A stretch of DNA of 64,000 bases, taken from NCBI GenBank assembly GCA_963737615.1, contig CAVTTI010000020.1, forward strand, positions 3,322 to 67,321. The letters run 5' to 3'. This stretch comes from an uncultured Actinomycetes bacterium. Lineage in GTDB: Bacteria > Actinomycetota > Thermoleophilia > Gaiellales > Gaiellaceae. The translations under genes were made by a program, and so were the position numbers. The notes beneath the pieces were generated by a model. It made no database searches, was not told where the DNA came from, and was given only the letters and a program-made list of their open reading frames with translations. Positions 9,896 to 19,295 of this stretch are shown here, piece by piece (position 1 is the stretch's first letter; the number at the start of each line of letters is the position of its first letter).

Positions 9896-11601
9896 GCGAG
9901 AACCCGTACGACCGCCCATCCGATCCGGCCAAGCGCCACAGCGCTGCGCTCACGGACGGGCCTGACCGCTCTCCCGCCCGGGCGATGCTCAAGGGGATCG
10001 GCTTCACCGACGACGACCTTGCACGCCCGCTCGTCGGTGTTGCGACCACGTGGATCGAGACGATGCCGTGCAACTGGAACCAGCGGGAGCTTGCCCAGGA
10101 CGTGAAGCGCGGGCTCCGCGAGGCCGGCGGGATGCCCGTCGAGTTCAACACGATCTCGGTCTCGGACGGAGTCTCGATGGGGACCGAGGGCATGCGCGCC
10201 TCTCTCGTCTCGCGCGAGGTGATCGCGGACTCGATCGAGCTCGTGGCGCGCGGGCACCTTTTCGACGGACTTGTCTGCCTGGTCGGCTGCGACAAGACGA
10301 TCCCCGCCGCCGTCATGGCGCTTGCACGACTCGACCTTCCAGGGCTCGTCCTCTATAACGGCTCGATCGCACCGGGCCGCTTTCGCGGGCGGGACGTGAC
10401 GATCCAGGACGTCTTCGAGGCGGTCGGAGCGCACGCGGTCGGGAACATGACCGGCGCCGAAGTCCACGAGCTCGAAGGTGCAGCTTGCCCCGGGGCGGGT
10501 GCCTGCGGCGGCCAGTTCACGGCGAACACCATGTCGACGGCGCTCGACTTCCTCGGGATCAGCCCCGCCGGCCTGAACGGCATTCCGGCCCTCGACCCGG
10601 CGAAGCACGAGGCCGCGGCCGAGGCGGGCCGGCTCGCGATGAGCCTCGTCCGGGACGACGTCCGGCCCTCGTCGATCGTCACGCGCGAAGCGCTCGAGAA
10701 CGCTGCGGCATCGATCGTCGCGACCGGTGGCTCCACGAACGGTGTCCTTCACCTGCTCGCCATCGCCCGGGAGCTGGACATCCCCTTCGAGCTGGAGGAC
10801 TTCGACCGCATCGCCGCCAGGACTCCGATCGTCGCGAGCCTCAAGCCGGGGGGCAGATTCGTCGCCACCGACATGCACGCGGCCGGCGGAGTCGCGCTCG
10901 TCGCCCGCGAGCTCCTGAAGCGGGATCTCGTTCATGCGGACGCACCGAACGTCGACGGCCGCTCGCTCGGCGAGGTCGCGACTGCGGTCGTCGAGAGTCC
11001 AGGCCAGAAGGTGGTCGTCCCGATCGACGAGCCGATCAAGACGACTGGCGGCCTCGCGATCCTGCGCGGGAACCTCGCACCCGAGGGGTCGGTGGTGAAG
11101 CTCGCAGGCCACGAGCGGCTGCTTCATCGCGGGCCGGCGCGGGTCTACGACTCCGAGGAGGACTGCTTCGCCGCCGTGAAGGCGAGAAGCATCGAGGCGG
11201 GCGACGTCGTCGTGATCCGCTACGAAGGCCCAGCGGGAGGTCCCGGCATGCGGGAGATGCTCCACGTCACGGCGGCGCTCGTCGGCGAGGGTCTCGGCGA
11301 TTCGGTCGCCCTGGTTACCGACGGGCGGTTCTCGGGCGCCACACACGGGCTTATGGTCGGCCACGTGGCGCCAGAGGCGGTTCGGGGCGGCCCGTTGGCA
11401 GCAGTCCACGACGGTGACACGGTCGTCGTGGACGTCGAGGGCCGCGAGCTCCGGGTCGAGCTCTCCGAGGACGAGCTCGAGGCGCGTCTCGCAGGCTGGA
11501 AGCCGCCGCCTGCGCGTTACACGCGTGGCGTCTTCGCCAAGTACGCGGCGGAGGTCTCGTCGGCGAGCGAGGGTGCGATTACGCGCCGACCGGGTTCGTA
11601 A
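9892..11601 (+). CDS. ilvD: Dihydroxy-acid dehydratase
   Basis: 569-aa ORF with [19 protein letters not shown] and [11 protein letters not shown] motifs. ATGA overlap with the thrB stop. Confidence 0.95.
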   Translation: MSENPYDRPSDPAKRHSAALTDGPDRSPARAMLKGIGFTDDDLARPLVGVATTWIETMPCNWNQRELAQDVKRGLREAGGMPVEFNTISVSDGVSMGTEGMRASLVSREVIADSIELVARGHLFDGLVCLVGCDKTIPAAVMALARLDLPGLVLYNGSIAPGRFRGRDVTIQDVFEAVGAHAVGNMTGAEVHELEGAACPGAGACGGQFTANTMSTALDFLGISPAGLNGIPALDPAKHEAAAEAGRLAMSLVRDDVRPSSIVTREALENAAASIVATGGSTNGVLHLLAIARELDIPFELEDFDRIAARTPIVASLKPGGRFVATDMHAAGGVALVARELLKRDLVHADAPNVDGRSLGEVATAVVESPGQKVVVPIDEPIKTTGGLAILRGNLAPEGSVVKLAGHERLLHRGPARVYDSEEDCFAAVKARSIEAGDVVVIRYEGPAGGPGMREMLHVTAALVGEGLGDSVALVTDGRFSGATHGLMVGHVAPEAVRGGPLAAVHDGDTVVVDVEGRELRVELSEDELEARLAGWKPPPARYTRGVFAKYAAEVSSASEGAITRRPGS

Positions 11602-11609
11602 GCCTCGCG

Positions 11610-11790
11610 CTACCGCTGTCCGGGCGGGGTCGGCTGCTCCTCGTCCTGCTTCGGCGCCTCCCCGTCGTCCTCGGCGGGAGCATCCTCGGCCTCGAGCGCT
11701 GCCGCCTCTTCGGCTCGCTTTCGCGCCTCGTCGGCTCGCTTCTCGGCCTCCTCGATCTCCCCGGGTCAGCTCGTCGTCGTTGGCTCCCAT
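11610..11790 (-). pseudogene. Small acidic coiled-coil-like ORF split by a 1-nt frame change at a GGGG run
   Basis: Minus strand: ATG 11790 gives MGANDDELTRG, then the frame goes to nonsense. The neighbouring frame reads EIEEAEKRADEARKRAEEAAALEAEDAPAEDDGEAPKQDEEQPTPPGQR and stops at 11610. The frames join if one G is removed from the run at 11759-11762. No family recognised. Confidence 0.3.
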
Positions 11791-11803
11791 GACCCCTCCC
11801 TCG

Positions 11804-12646
11804 CTACCGAATCAAGACTGTTCTGCGGTAGCGCTGCACGGCCGAGTCGTCGAGCGCCATCGCGGTCGGCTCGGTAACCAGGTCGCCGTCGAGCCGGTTT
11901 TTCAGGGAGTCGACCAGGTAGCGCTCCGCGAGCCATTCCATGCTCGGGGGCACGTCTGCCTGGACACTGATCCGCCAGAGCCCCTCGTCGAGCTCCTGCT
12001 CGTCCGCGACCTCGGGCGGGCGCAAGAACCGCGCGCCGCCGATCGGAGCGAGCCCTGAGATCTGCCGCACCACGTCCCGGGCGTGATCTCGGTCGCGCGT
12101 GAGCAGTTCGACGATGAAGGTGCGATACCGCCGCCTGCTTCGCTTCACGGCGATGATCTGGCCGTTCGGGATGAAGTAGGTGTCGCCGTTCAGGTCGCGC
12201 ATGACCGTCGTCCGGAGCCCTACCGCCTCGACGACGCCCGAGTACTTCGAGGGCTCGACCTCGATGAAGTCACCCACTCCGTACTGGTTCTCGAAGAGGA
12301 TGAAGAACCCCGCGATGATGTCGGTCAAGAGCCTCTGCGCCGAGAACGCGATGATCAGGATGATCAGTGTCGCGCCGGCCGCAGCCGAGACGCGGTCCCG
12401 CACCAGGATCGTGACGAGGATGCCCGCGGCCGCGGCGAAGAAGACGTAGCGAATAATCGTCGCGAGCAGGGCGAACGCCGTCTCCCGGCGCCGCAGGCGC
12501 ACGAGGTCGGCCGTGTCGCTCGGGCTCCCGGAGGCCCAGCGGTGCACGAATATGTTGAGGAGGCGCGCGAGCGCGAAGCCGACGCCGGCAACCACCGCGG
12601 CCCAGAAAACCCGGTCGAACCAGTCTGGGAGCGGCCCAAAATCCAT
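11804..12646 (-). CDS. MscS-family small-conductance mechanosensitive channel
   Basis: N-terminal TM helices followed by FENQYGVGDFIEV...GVVEAVGLRTTVMRDLNGDTYFIPNG (MscS beta-domain signature). Confidence 0.85.
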   Translation of the reverse strand: MDFGPLPDWFDRVFWAAVVAGVGFALARLLNIFVHRWASGSPSDTADLVRLRRRETAFALLATIIRYVFFAAAAGILVTILVRDRVSAAAGATLIILIIAFSAQRLLTDIIAGFFILFENQYGVGDFIEVEPSKYSGVVEAVGLRTTVMRDLNGDTYFIPNGQIIAVKRSRRRYRTFIVELLTRDRDHARDVVRQISGLAPIGGARFLRPPEVADEQELDEGLWRISVQADVPPSMEWLAERYLVDSLKNRLDGDLVTEPTAMALDDSAVQRYRRTVLIR

Positions 12647-12704
12647 CCCGGCACGCTACCCGAACCTCAGGCGGGCTCTATACTTGCGGCGTGAGCGGGT
12701 CCGT

Positions 12705-12815
12705 CCTGCTCCGCATCGAGAGAGGCTGAGGGAACCGGCCCTGTGAAGCCTCGGCAACCTGCTCCTCGGAGCAAGGTGCCAAGCCCGGCCGGGCGTCGCC
12801 CGGAGGATGTCGAGC
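12705..12815 (+). promoter_or_regulatory. SAM-I (S-box) riboswitch
   Basis: CAUCGAGAGAGGCUGAGGGAACCGGCCCUGUGAAGCCUCGGCAACC...AAGGUGCCAAGCCCGGC...GGAGGAUG follows the S-box consensus block for block (AUCnAGAG-GGnnGAGGGAnnGGCCCnnUGAAnCCnnGCAACC...GGUGCnAAnnCCnGC...AGAU). The P1 3' strand overlaps the first candidate start region of the downstream gene. Confidence 0.9.
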
Positions 12816-14054
12816 CAACCGAAGGAGGATCCGTTGCCCGCCACCGCGCTCCGCTGTAGGAACTGCGCCACCGACCACCCGCTCGAGCAGCTGGCTGTCT
12901 GCTCGAAGTGCCTCGCACCGCTCGAGCCGACCTATGACTGGGAGGCGCTCGCCCGCACCGTGTCCCGGGAGTCGATCGCCTCCGGTCCGCCCTCGCTCTG
13001 GCGCTACGCGCCGCTTCTGCCGGTCGAGGCGCCCGGCGAGCAGCGCCTGGCACCCGGGTTGACGCCCCTCCTGCCGGCGCCGCGCCTCGCCGCCCAGGTC
13101 GGTGTCGCGGAGCTCTGGCTCAAGTGCGACACCGCCAACCCGACTCACTCGTTCAAGGACAGGGTGGTCGCAATCGCCGCCGCGAAGGCGACGGAGCTCG
13201 GGCTCGGAACGCTCGCGTGCTCCTCCACCGGAAATCTCGCGAACGCGGTGGGCGCGCGGGCGGCCGCCGAAGGGCTCCAGGCAGTCGTCCTCTGCCCGTC
13301 CGATCTCGAGCCCGAGAAGCTGCTCGCTACGGCCGTCTACGGCACGACGATTTACGCGGTCAGCGGGACGTACGACGACTGCTCGCGCCTCAGCCTGGAG
13401 CTCTCCTTCGAGCTCGACTGGGGCTTCGTGAATGTCGGACTCCGGGCGTACTACGCCGAGGGCTCGAAGACCCTCGCGTACGAGATCGCCGAGCAGCTCA
13501 GCTGGGAGCAGCCCGACGTCGTCGTCGGCCCCATCGCGTCCGGCGCGCTCTTCGGAAAGGTCGGGCAGGGGTTCGGCGAGCTTCGCCGGCTCGGCCTCGT
13601 GGACGGCCCCGGCCCGCGGCTCGTCGGCGGCCAGGCGGAGGGATGTGCGCCGGTCGCGACGGCCTTCGCCGAAGGCGGCCGGGCGAGGCCGGTCCGGCCC
13701 GCGACGCTGGCCCGTTCGCTCGCGATCGGCAACCCGGCGGACGCTGACCTTGCGCTCGCAACGGCGCGGGAGAGCGGCGGAGCGATCCATGCCGTGCCGG
13801 AGGGCGAGATCGGCGTCAACATGGGGCTTCTGGCCGAGACGACCGGCATCTTCGGAGAGACCGCAGCGGGTGTGGCGCTGGGCGCTCTCAGGACCGCGGT
13901 GGCCCGGGGGGCCGTTGGCGAGTCCGACCGGGTTGTCCTTCTCGTCACAGGCGACGGGTTGAAGACGCCCGACCCCGTCTCGGGAAGACTGGCTCCCATC
14001 GAAGTCGAGCCCGACGCAGAGGCGCTGCTCGACCTGGTCGGGGTCGCCGCATGA
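12807..14054 (+). CDS. Threonine-synthase-fold PLP enzyme with N-terminal Zn ribbon, under SAM riboswitch control (MetM-like candidate)
   Basis: CRNCATDHPLEQLAVCSKCLAPLEP (4-Cys ribbon), then NPTHSFKDRVVAIAAAKA (PLP lysine) and CSSTGNLANAVGA. The true start may be TTG 12834, preceded by GAAGGAGG. Confidence 0.8.
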   Translation: MSSQPKEDPLPATALRCRNCATDHPLEQLAVCSKCLAPLEPTYDWEALARTVSRESIASGPPSLWRYAPLLPVEAPGEQRLAPGLTPLLPAPRLAAQVGVAELWLKCDTANPTHSFKDRVVAIAAAKATELGLGTLACSSTGNLANAVGARAAAEGLQAVVLCPSDLEPEKLLATAVYGTTIYAVSGTYDDCSRLSLELSFELDWGFVNVGLRAYYAEGSKTLAYEIAEQLSWEQPDVVVGPIASGALFGKVGQGFGELRRLGLVDGPGPRLVGGQAEGCAPVATAFAEGGRARPVRPATLARSLAIGNPADADLALATARESGGAIHAVPEGEIGVNMGLLAETTGIFGETAAGVALGALRTAVARGAVGESDRVVLLVTGDGLKTPDPVSGRLAPIEVEPDAEALLDLVGVAA

Positions 14055-15031
14055 GGATCGTGGTCCTTCCGGGCGACGGAATCGGCCCCGAGGTGGCCCG
14101 CGAGGCGGTGCGCGCGCTCCAAGCCCTCGCACCCGAGGTCGAGCTCGAGGAGCGGCCCTTCGGGGGAGCTGCGATCCGCGAGAGCGGCGATCCGCTTCCG
14201 GCCGAGACGCTCGCGGCGTGCCGCGAGTCCGACGGCGTCCTGAAGGCGCCGATCGGTGACCCGGAGTTCGACGCAGCCGAGGTTCGTCCGGAGCACGGAA
14301 TGCTCAGTCTCCGCTCGAGCCTGGACGTCTACGCGAACCTGCGGCCGGCGCGCGACGGCAGGATCGATCTGCTGATCGTCCGAGAGCTCGTCGGCGGGCT
14401 TTACTACGGAGCCCGTGGTGTCAGGGCGGACGGAACGGTCTTCGACACCCTCGAGTACCACCCGCGCGAGGTCGTGCGCATCGCACGGCGCGCATTCGAG
14501 CTTGCACGGTCGCGGCAGGGGCGGCTCACGTCCGTCGACAAGGCGAACGTTCTCGACACATCGCGCATGTGGAGGCGAGTCGTTGGCGAGGTCGCCGCGG
14601 ATTACCCGGACGTCCAGTTGGACCACATGCTCGTCGACAATGCGGCGATGCAGCTTGCGAGCCGGCCTGAGCAGTTCGACGTCCTCGTCATGGAGAACAT
14701 GTTCGGAGACATTTTGAGCGACCTGGCAGCGGCCGTGACCGGCGGGCTCGGGCTGGCGCCCTCAGCGAGTCTCGGAGACGACGGGCCCGGGATCTTCGAG
14801 CCTGTGCACGGGTCGGCTCCGGACATCGCCGGAAGAGGCATCGCCAATCCGGCCGCCATGCTCCGTTCGACGGCGCTCCTGCTCGAGCACGCGCTCGCGA
14901 TGCCCGAGGAGGCGCGTTGCCTGGAGCGTGCTGTCGAGGAGGTAATGCGCGAACGCCCTACACCGGATCTCGGCGGCACGGCGACGACAACCGAGTTCGG
15001 TGCCGGAGTCCTCGAAAGGCTGGGCGGATGA
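14051..15031 (+). CDS. leuB: 3-isopropylmalate dehydrogenase
   Basis: MRIVVLPGDGIGPEV, SVDKANVL, LVDNAAMQL, NMFGDILSDLAA, HGSAPDIAGRGIANP: the full catalytic motif set. ATGA overlap with the upstream gene. Confidence 0.95.
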   Translation: MRIVVLPGDGIGPEVAREAVRALQALAPEVELEERPFGGAAIRESGDPLPAETLAACRESDGVLKAPIGDPEFDAAEVRPEHGMLSLRSSLDVYANLRPARDGRIDLLIVRELVGGLYYGARGVRADGTVFDTLEYHPREVVRIARRAFELARSRQGRLTSVDKANVLDTSRMWRRVVGEVAADYPDVQLDHMLVDNAAMQLASRPEQFDVLVMENMFGDILSDLAAAVTGGLGLAPSASLGDDGPGIFEPVHGSAPDIAGRGIANPAAMLRSTALLLEHALAMPEEARCLERAVEEVMRERPTPDLGGTATTTEFGAGVLERLGG

Positions 15032-15162
15032 AAGGGCTCCAGGGGTGGCTCCGGGAGCTCTCCGAGCGTGCAAGCCCGCGTACGGCGCTCCTCTTCGCGC
15101 TCGTGCTGGTGCTCGTGGTCGTCTGGCTCGTGTCGCTGATGCTCCAGGGGTCAGCGGGTTGA
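15028..15162 (+). CDS. Small single-pass membrane protein (44 aa), translationally coupled to leuB
   Basis: ATG 15028 overlaps the leuB stop (ATGA). MKGLQGWLRELSERASPRTALLFALVLVLVVVWLVSLMLQGSAG has one clear hydrophobic helix. No family recognised. Confidence 0.35.
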   Translation: MKGLQGWLRELSERASPRTALLFALVLVLVVVWLVSLMLQGSAG

Positions 15163-15298
15163 GCATCGTCCAAAGCCACAGCAGGCGCCTCAGGTCCAAT
15201 TCGGCACATCCGGCGCGAATCGCGTGCGCAAGACCGCGCTACGCTGACCGCAGGGGGTAACTCAGGGGGGATCCCCCGGGGTTTGAGAGGCCCCGGCG

Positions 15299-15888
15299 CT
15301 ACGGCAGGGCCGTGGTTTCGAACGGCGCCTGGTGCTTCTGCTCGTACGCGATGATGTCGGCTTCATGCGTCAGGGCTCGGGCGATGTCGTCGAGGCCGTG
15401 CAAGAGGCAGTGCCGCTGGAAGTCGTCGAACTCGAACGGCACGACGAGGCCGCCGGGAGCGGAGATCGTCTTCGTCTCGAGGTCGACAGTTAGCTCACCG
15501 CCTCCTGCTACCGAGCTCATGAGCGCCTTAACCGGGTCCGGCGGCAGGGCGACAGGGAGGAGCCCGATCTTCACGCAGTTCGAGATGAAGATGTCGGCAA
15601 ACGACGGCGCTACCACGACCTCGAACCCGTAGTCCTGAAGCGCCCAGGGGGCGTGCTCGCGAGAGGAGCCGCAGCCGAAGTTTCGGCCTGCGAGCAAGAT
15701 CTTCGCCCCCTGCGCCTCGGGTCGGTTCAGCTCGAAGTCCGGGTCCTCGCCCAGTCGAAGAAGAGGAACTCGCCGAAGCCGGACCGCTCGACGCGCTTCA
15801 AGAATTGCTTCGGGACGATCTGGTCCGTGTCTACGTCCGCGCGATCGAGCACGGCAGCAGGAGCCGTCACCGAGCGGAACGCTCTCAC
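15299..15888 (-). pseudogene. leuD: 3-isopropylmalate dehydratase small subunit, reading frame split by a 1-nt deletion (or sequencing error)
   Basis: GTG 15888 overlaps the leuC stop (GTGA) and gives [46 protein letters not shown], then stops at 15727. The rest ([41 protein letters not shown]...) is in the adjacent frame and runs to the stop at 15299-15301. The frames join if one G is added to the GGG run (minus strand) at about 15750-15752. Confidence 0.85.
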
Positions 15889-17285
15889 CGAGCCTCCGCC
15901 AGGTCGCGGATGTCGACGAAGCGCCCCTCGAGCGCGGCCGCCGCTGCGAGCGCCGGTGAAACCAGGTGTGTGCGACCGCCGCGTCCCTGCCTGCCCTCGA
16001 AGTTCCGGTTGGAGGTCGAGGCGCACCGCTCGCCCGGCGCGAGGACGTCCGGGTTCATCCCGAGGCACATGGAGCACCCCGCCCGCCGCCATTCGAACCC
16101 GGCGGCCTCGAAGATCCGGTCGAGCCCTTCGTCCTCGGCCTGGCGCTTGACGCCGGCCGACCCTGGAACCACCATCGCCCGGACACCATCACGAACGCGT
16201 TTACCGGCGACGACACCGGCTGCGATGCGGAGATCCTCGATGCGCGCGTTCGTGCAGGAGCCGATGAAGACGCGGTCGATGGCGATGTCCTGAATCGGCG
16301 TGCCGGGCTCGAGGTTCATGTAGACGAGCGCCCGCTCGACGGTCTCCCGCTCTTCCGGGTCCGAATAGTCCGCCGGATCCGGGACGACGCCGTGGATCGG
16401 CGCGACCATCCCCGGGTTCGTTCCCCAGGTCACCTGCGGCGCCAGGTCGGCCACGTCGATCTCGATCTCAGTGTCGAAGACCGCGTCCGAGTCGGATGCG
16501 AGCGTGCTCCAACGGTCCAGGGCGCGCTCCCACTCGGCGCCCTGCGGAGCTGCCGGGCGCCCTTCGAGGTAGGCGAACGTCGTGTCGTCCGGCGCCACCA
16601 TGCCGGCCCGCGCCCCGGCTTCGATCGACATGTTGCAGATGGTCATCCGGCTCTCCATCGAAAAGCCGCGGATGACATCGCCGGCGTATTCGAGGACGTG
16701 CCCGGCCCCGCCCGAGACTCCGAGCCGCCCGATCGCGCCGAGAATGACGTCCTTGGCCGTGAGGCCGGGCGGCAGCTCGCCGTGGAAGAGGACGCGCATT
16801 GCTCGTGGCTTCACCTGTGGCAGGCATTGCGTCGCGAGCACGTGCTCGACCTCGGACGTCCCGATACCGAACGCCAGCGCGCCGAACGCCCCGTGTGTAG
16901 AGGTATGCGAGTCTCCACAGACGATCGTGAGTCCGGGCTGCGATAGCCCGAGCTCGGGCCCGATCACGTGAACGATCCCTTCTCTGCCGCTCCCGGTTGC
17001 ATAGAGGGGGACCCCGAACTCCGCGCAGTTTCGCTCGAGCGCTTCGAGCTGCGCCTGCGAAAGAGGGTCTGCCGGCCCCGCGCCGGTGGCGACGTTGTGA
17101 TCCATCGTCGCGAGCGTCAGGTCGGGGCGACGGACCCTCCGACCGGCGAGTCGAAGCCCCTCGAAGGCCTGCGGCGATGTGACCTCATGCACCAGATGCA
17201 GGTCGACCCAGAGCAGGGCTGGCTCGCCCGGGGGCTCGGCCACCAGGCGACTTTCCCACACGCGGTCGAAGAGGGTCTTCGGCAT
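15885..17285 (-). CDS. leuC: 3-isopropylmalate dehydratase large subunit
   Basis: [15 protein letters not shown]..., [45 protein letters not shown] (aconitase-family Fe-S cysteines). Confidence 0.95.
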   Translation of the reverse strand: MPKTLFDRVWESRLVAEPPGEPALLWVDLHLVHEVTSPQAFEGLRLAGRRVRRPDLTLATMDHNVATGAGPADPLSQAQLEALERNCAEFGVPLYATGSGREGIVHVIGPELGLSQPGLTIVCGDSHTSTHGAFGALAFGIGTSEVEHVLATQCLPQVKPRAMRVLFHGELPPGLTAKDVILGAIGRLGVSGGAGHVLEYAGDVIRGFSMESRMTICNMSIEAGARAGMVAPDDTTFAYLEGRPAAPQGAEWERALDRWSTLASDSDAVFDTEIEIDVADLAPQVTWGTNPGMVAPIHGVVPDPADYSDPEERETVERALVYMNLEPGTPIQDIAIDRVFIGSCTNARIEDLRIAAGVVAGKRVRDGVRAMVVPGSAGVKRQAEDEGLDRIFEAAGFEWRRAGCSMCLGMNPDVLAPGERCASTSNRNFEGRQGRGGRTHLVSPALAAAAALEGRFVDIRDLAEAR

Positions 17286-17331
17286 GTCCCCATTGTGGCT
17301 GTTGGAGGGCCGCTCGAGTCGGAGGCAGGTC

Positions 17332-17565
17332 CTACGAGGTGGAGCGAAGAGCCTTGATGAGCTCGCTCTTCGTCATCTCGGAGCGGCCCGGAATGTCAGC
17401 CTTCTGGGCGCGCTCGTACAGCTCGTCCTTGGTCATCTCCTCGAGATTCGAGCCACGACCCCGTTTCAGCGGTGTCTGGTCGAGCATTCCGCGGACGGCG
17501 TCGCGGTTTCGAAGCAGGAAAGCTACCGCTATGCCGAGCGCTCCTCCGAGGAATAGGAATCTCAT
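17332..17565 (-). CDS. Small membrane-anchored protein with two Rho_N/HeH-like repeats
   Basis: N-terminal TM helix ([16 protein letters not shown]), then [30 protein letters not shown], which resembles the Rho termination factor N-terminal (SAP/HeH-like) motif twice. Confidence 0.6.
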   Translation of the reverse strand: MRFLFLGGALGIAVAFLLRNRDAVRGMLDQTPLKRGRGSNLEEMTKDELYERAQKADIPGRSEMTKSELIKALRSTS

Positions 17566-17725
17566 CCAGCCACCTCCTTGCCAGAGGGCGCTACCCGGGC
17601 AGCCGGGTCTAACCGCCGTCAGCGTGCGGGCTGCAATCCTAGTGAGTGAGGGTCACGAAAGCCATCGCGCCAGTCTCCGCACCCAGTTTCCGCACCAACG
17701 GCTATCAGGCAGACTCCAAAAGCGC

Positions 17726-18049
17726 ATGGACGCGCGCGCAAAGCAAGTCGCCCGAAACGAGAGCCTCTTCCGCGAGGTCAACGAGCGGATCGAGGAGATT
17801 GCCGAAACGATGTTCAAGTCGTCGCATTCCGGTTTCTTCTGCGAGTGCGGCGATGCCGACTGCCTCGAGCTCATGGAGCTCACCGTCGAGGAGTACGAAG
17901 AGATCCGCTCCGACCCGAGGCGCTTCGTGGTCAAGCCCGGACACGAGATTCCCGACTTCGAGCGAGTCTTCGAGCGGGAGAACTACTACGTCGTTCAGAA
18001 GATCGGGGACGCTGGCGAGGTCGCCGAGAGGCTCGACCCCAGATCCTGA
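17726..18049 (+). CDS. Conserved hypothetical protein (107 aa)
   Basis: ORF 17339..18049 trimmed to ATG 17726, clearing the convergent gene on the other strand. ARNESLFREVNERIEE...FFCECGDADCLELMELTVEEYEEIRSDPRRFVVKPGH looks like a real small protein. Family not named. Confidence 0.55.
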   Translation: MDARAKQVARNESLFREVNERIEEIAETMFKSSHSGFFCECGDADCLELMELTVEEYEEIRSDPRRFVVKPGHEIPDFERVFERENYYVVQKIGDAGEVAERLDPRS

Positions 18050-18056
18050 CACCGTT

Positions 18057-18443
18057 GTGTTCCATTCCCTCGACTTCGTGTACGTCCCGGCCCGAGACGT
18101 CGATGCCGCCGCGCACCGGTACGTCGAGCAGTTGGGTGCGGAACTGGTCTGGAAGGTGCGAGGCATGGGAACCGTCGTCGCCTGCCTGCGGATCTCGGAC
18201 GCAGGGCCGCTGATCCTCCTGAGCGGCCATCTCGAGGGCACCGATCCGATCCTGATCTACCGCGTGTCCGACTACGCCTCCGCGGTCTCACGCCTTCGAG
18301 CTGCCGGAATCGACGTACGGGAGCTCGAGATTCCGCATGGCCCTTGTGCGAGCTTCCGGGCCGAGGGCGGGCAGCGCCTTGCGGTCTACGAGCTCACGCG
18401 GCCGCAGGTCGCAGAGCACTTCGTCGGCCGCATCGACGACTGA
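18057..18443 (+). CDS. VOC/glyoxalase-fold family protein
   Basis: ORF 17646..18443 trimmed to GTG 18057. FHSLDFVYVPARDVDAAAHRYVEQLGAELVW... and ...RLAVYEL fit a beta-alpha-beta-beta-beta pattern typical of glyoxalase/bleomycin-resistance-fold proteins. Confidence 0.6.
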   Translation: MFHSLDFVYVPARDVDAAAHRYVEQLGAELVWKVRGMGTVVACLRISDAGPLILLSGHLEGTDPILIYRVSDYASAVSRLRAAGIDVRELEIPHGPCASFRAEGGQRLAVYELTRPQVAEHFVGRIDD

Positions 18444-18464
18444 TTCGACGACAGCCGTTGGCTG

Positions 18465-19295
18465 TCAGCCGACTCCTAACGAGGCATCGCGGTCGACTGC
18501 CTCACTGGGAGCGGTCACCCAGGCAACGACGCTTTCGGCGCGGCCTCGAAGATCAAGCGTCCGTTCCTCGAGTCCGGCGGTGTCGAGCTTCGAGGCCTTC
18601 GCCGCAGCGCTACTGATGACGATTTCCCCCGCCTTCGCCAAGGAGGCGAGCCGCGCTGCTGTGTTCACCGAGTCACCAAGTGCGGTGAAGTCCACCGCGT
18701 CTCCCTCGCCGACCGTGCCGACGAAGGCGACACCGGTGTGGACACCAGCGCCGACGGGGATCCAGGGCTCACCTTCGCTGTGACCTGTCTGCGCAAGTAG
18801 CTCGCGCGCAGCGTCGATCGCGTCCGCCGCGTGATCGGTGCCGGCGAAGCCGGGGATGAAGAGGGCGACGACCTGATCCCCGACGAACTTGTCCACGATG
18901 CCGTTCCTGCGATCGACGGCGACAGCGGCAGCACCATAGAAGCGCGCCATCAGTTGGGAGAACTCCCCGGAGCCAATCTGCTCCGCGAGAGCTGTCGAGC
19001 CGCGGACGTCCGCGAAGAGAAACGAAAGCTCGATCTCGGCCCCGCCCGGCCTCTTTTCCAGCGCGTGGATGCAGCCGCGGCAGATGCGCCGGTTGAGACG
19101 CGAGGGGCCGAAGCCGATGAACCGCATCAGGTTCCCGGGTGGGCCGAACGGGGTGTCGCAGAGCTTGCAGCGGGGGTCGGTGGGGATCGCTCGCGAAATC
19201 CGGCGCATCCACGGGCTCCAGCACATGTGCCCGCGGGCCTCGCCCATGAGGACCCGCCGCCACTTTTCGTCGTGCGGGGTCTTCGGGTCGCTCAC
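18465..19295 (-). CDS. Class III adenylate/guanylate cyclase with N-terminal Cys-rich (Zn-ribbon-like) segment
   Basis: ELSFLFADVRGSTALAE...VDKFVGDQVVALF...IPVGAGVHTGVAFVGTVG...DFTALGDSVNTAARL is the cyclase homology domain. CKLC...CRGC lies upstream. Confidence 0.85.
   Translation of the reverse strand: MSDPKTPHDEKWRRVLMGEARGHMCWSPWMRRISRAIPTDPRCKLCDTPFGPPGNLMRFIGFGPSRLNRRICRGCIHALEKRPGGAEIELSFLFADVRGSTALAEQIGSGEFSQLMARFYGAAAVAVDRRNGIVDKFVGDQVVALFIPGFAGTDHAADAIDAARELLAQTGHSEGEPWIPVGAGVHTGVAFVGTVGEGDAVDFTALGDSVNTAARLASLAKAGEIVISSAAAKASKLDTAGLEERTLDLRGRAESVVAWVTAPSEAVDRDASLGVG

Noticed and set aside
9841-11790. 649-aa minus-strand ORF covering the ilvD region
   Set aside because: It is antisense to a textbook dihydroxy-acid dehydratase, Arg/Gly/Pro/Asp-rich and without recognisable motifs, a typical high-GC shadow ORF. 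Only its first approximately 11 codons may belong to a small frameshifted ORF, reported separately.
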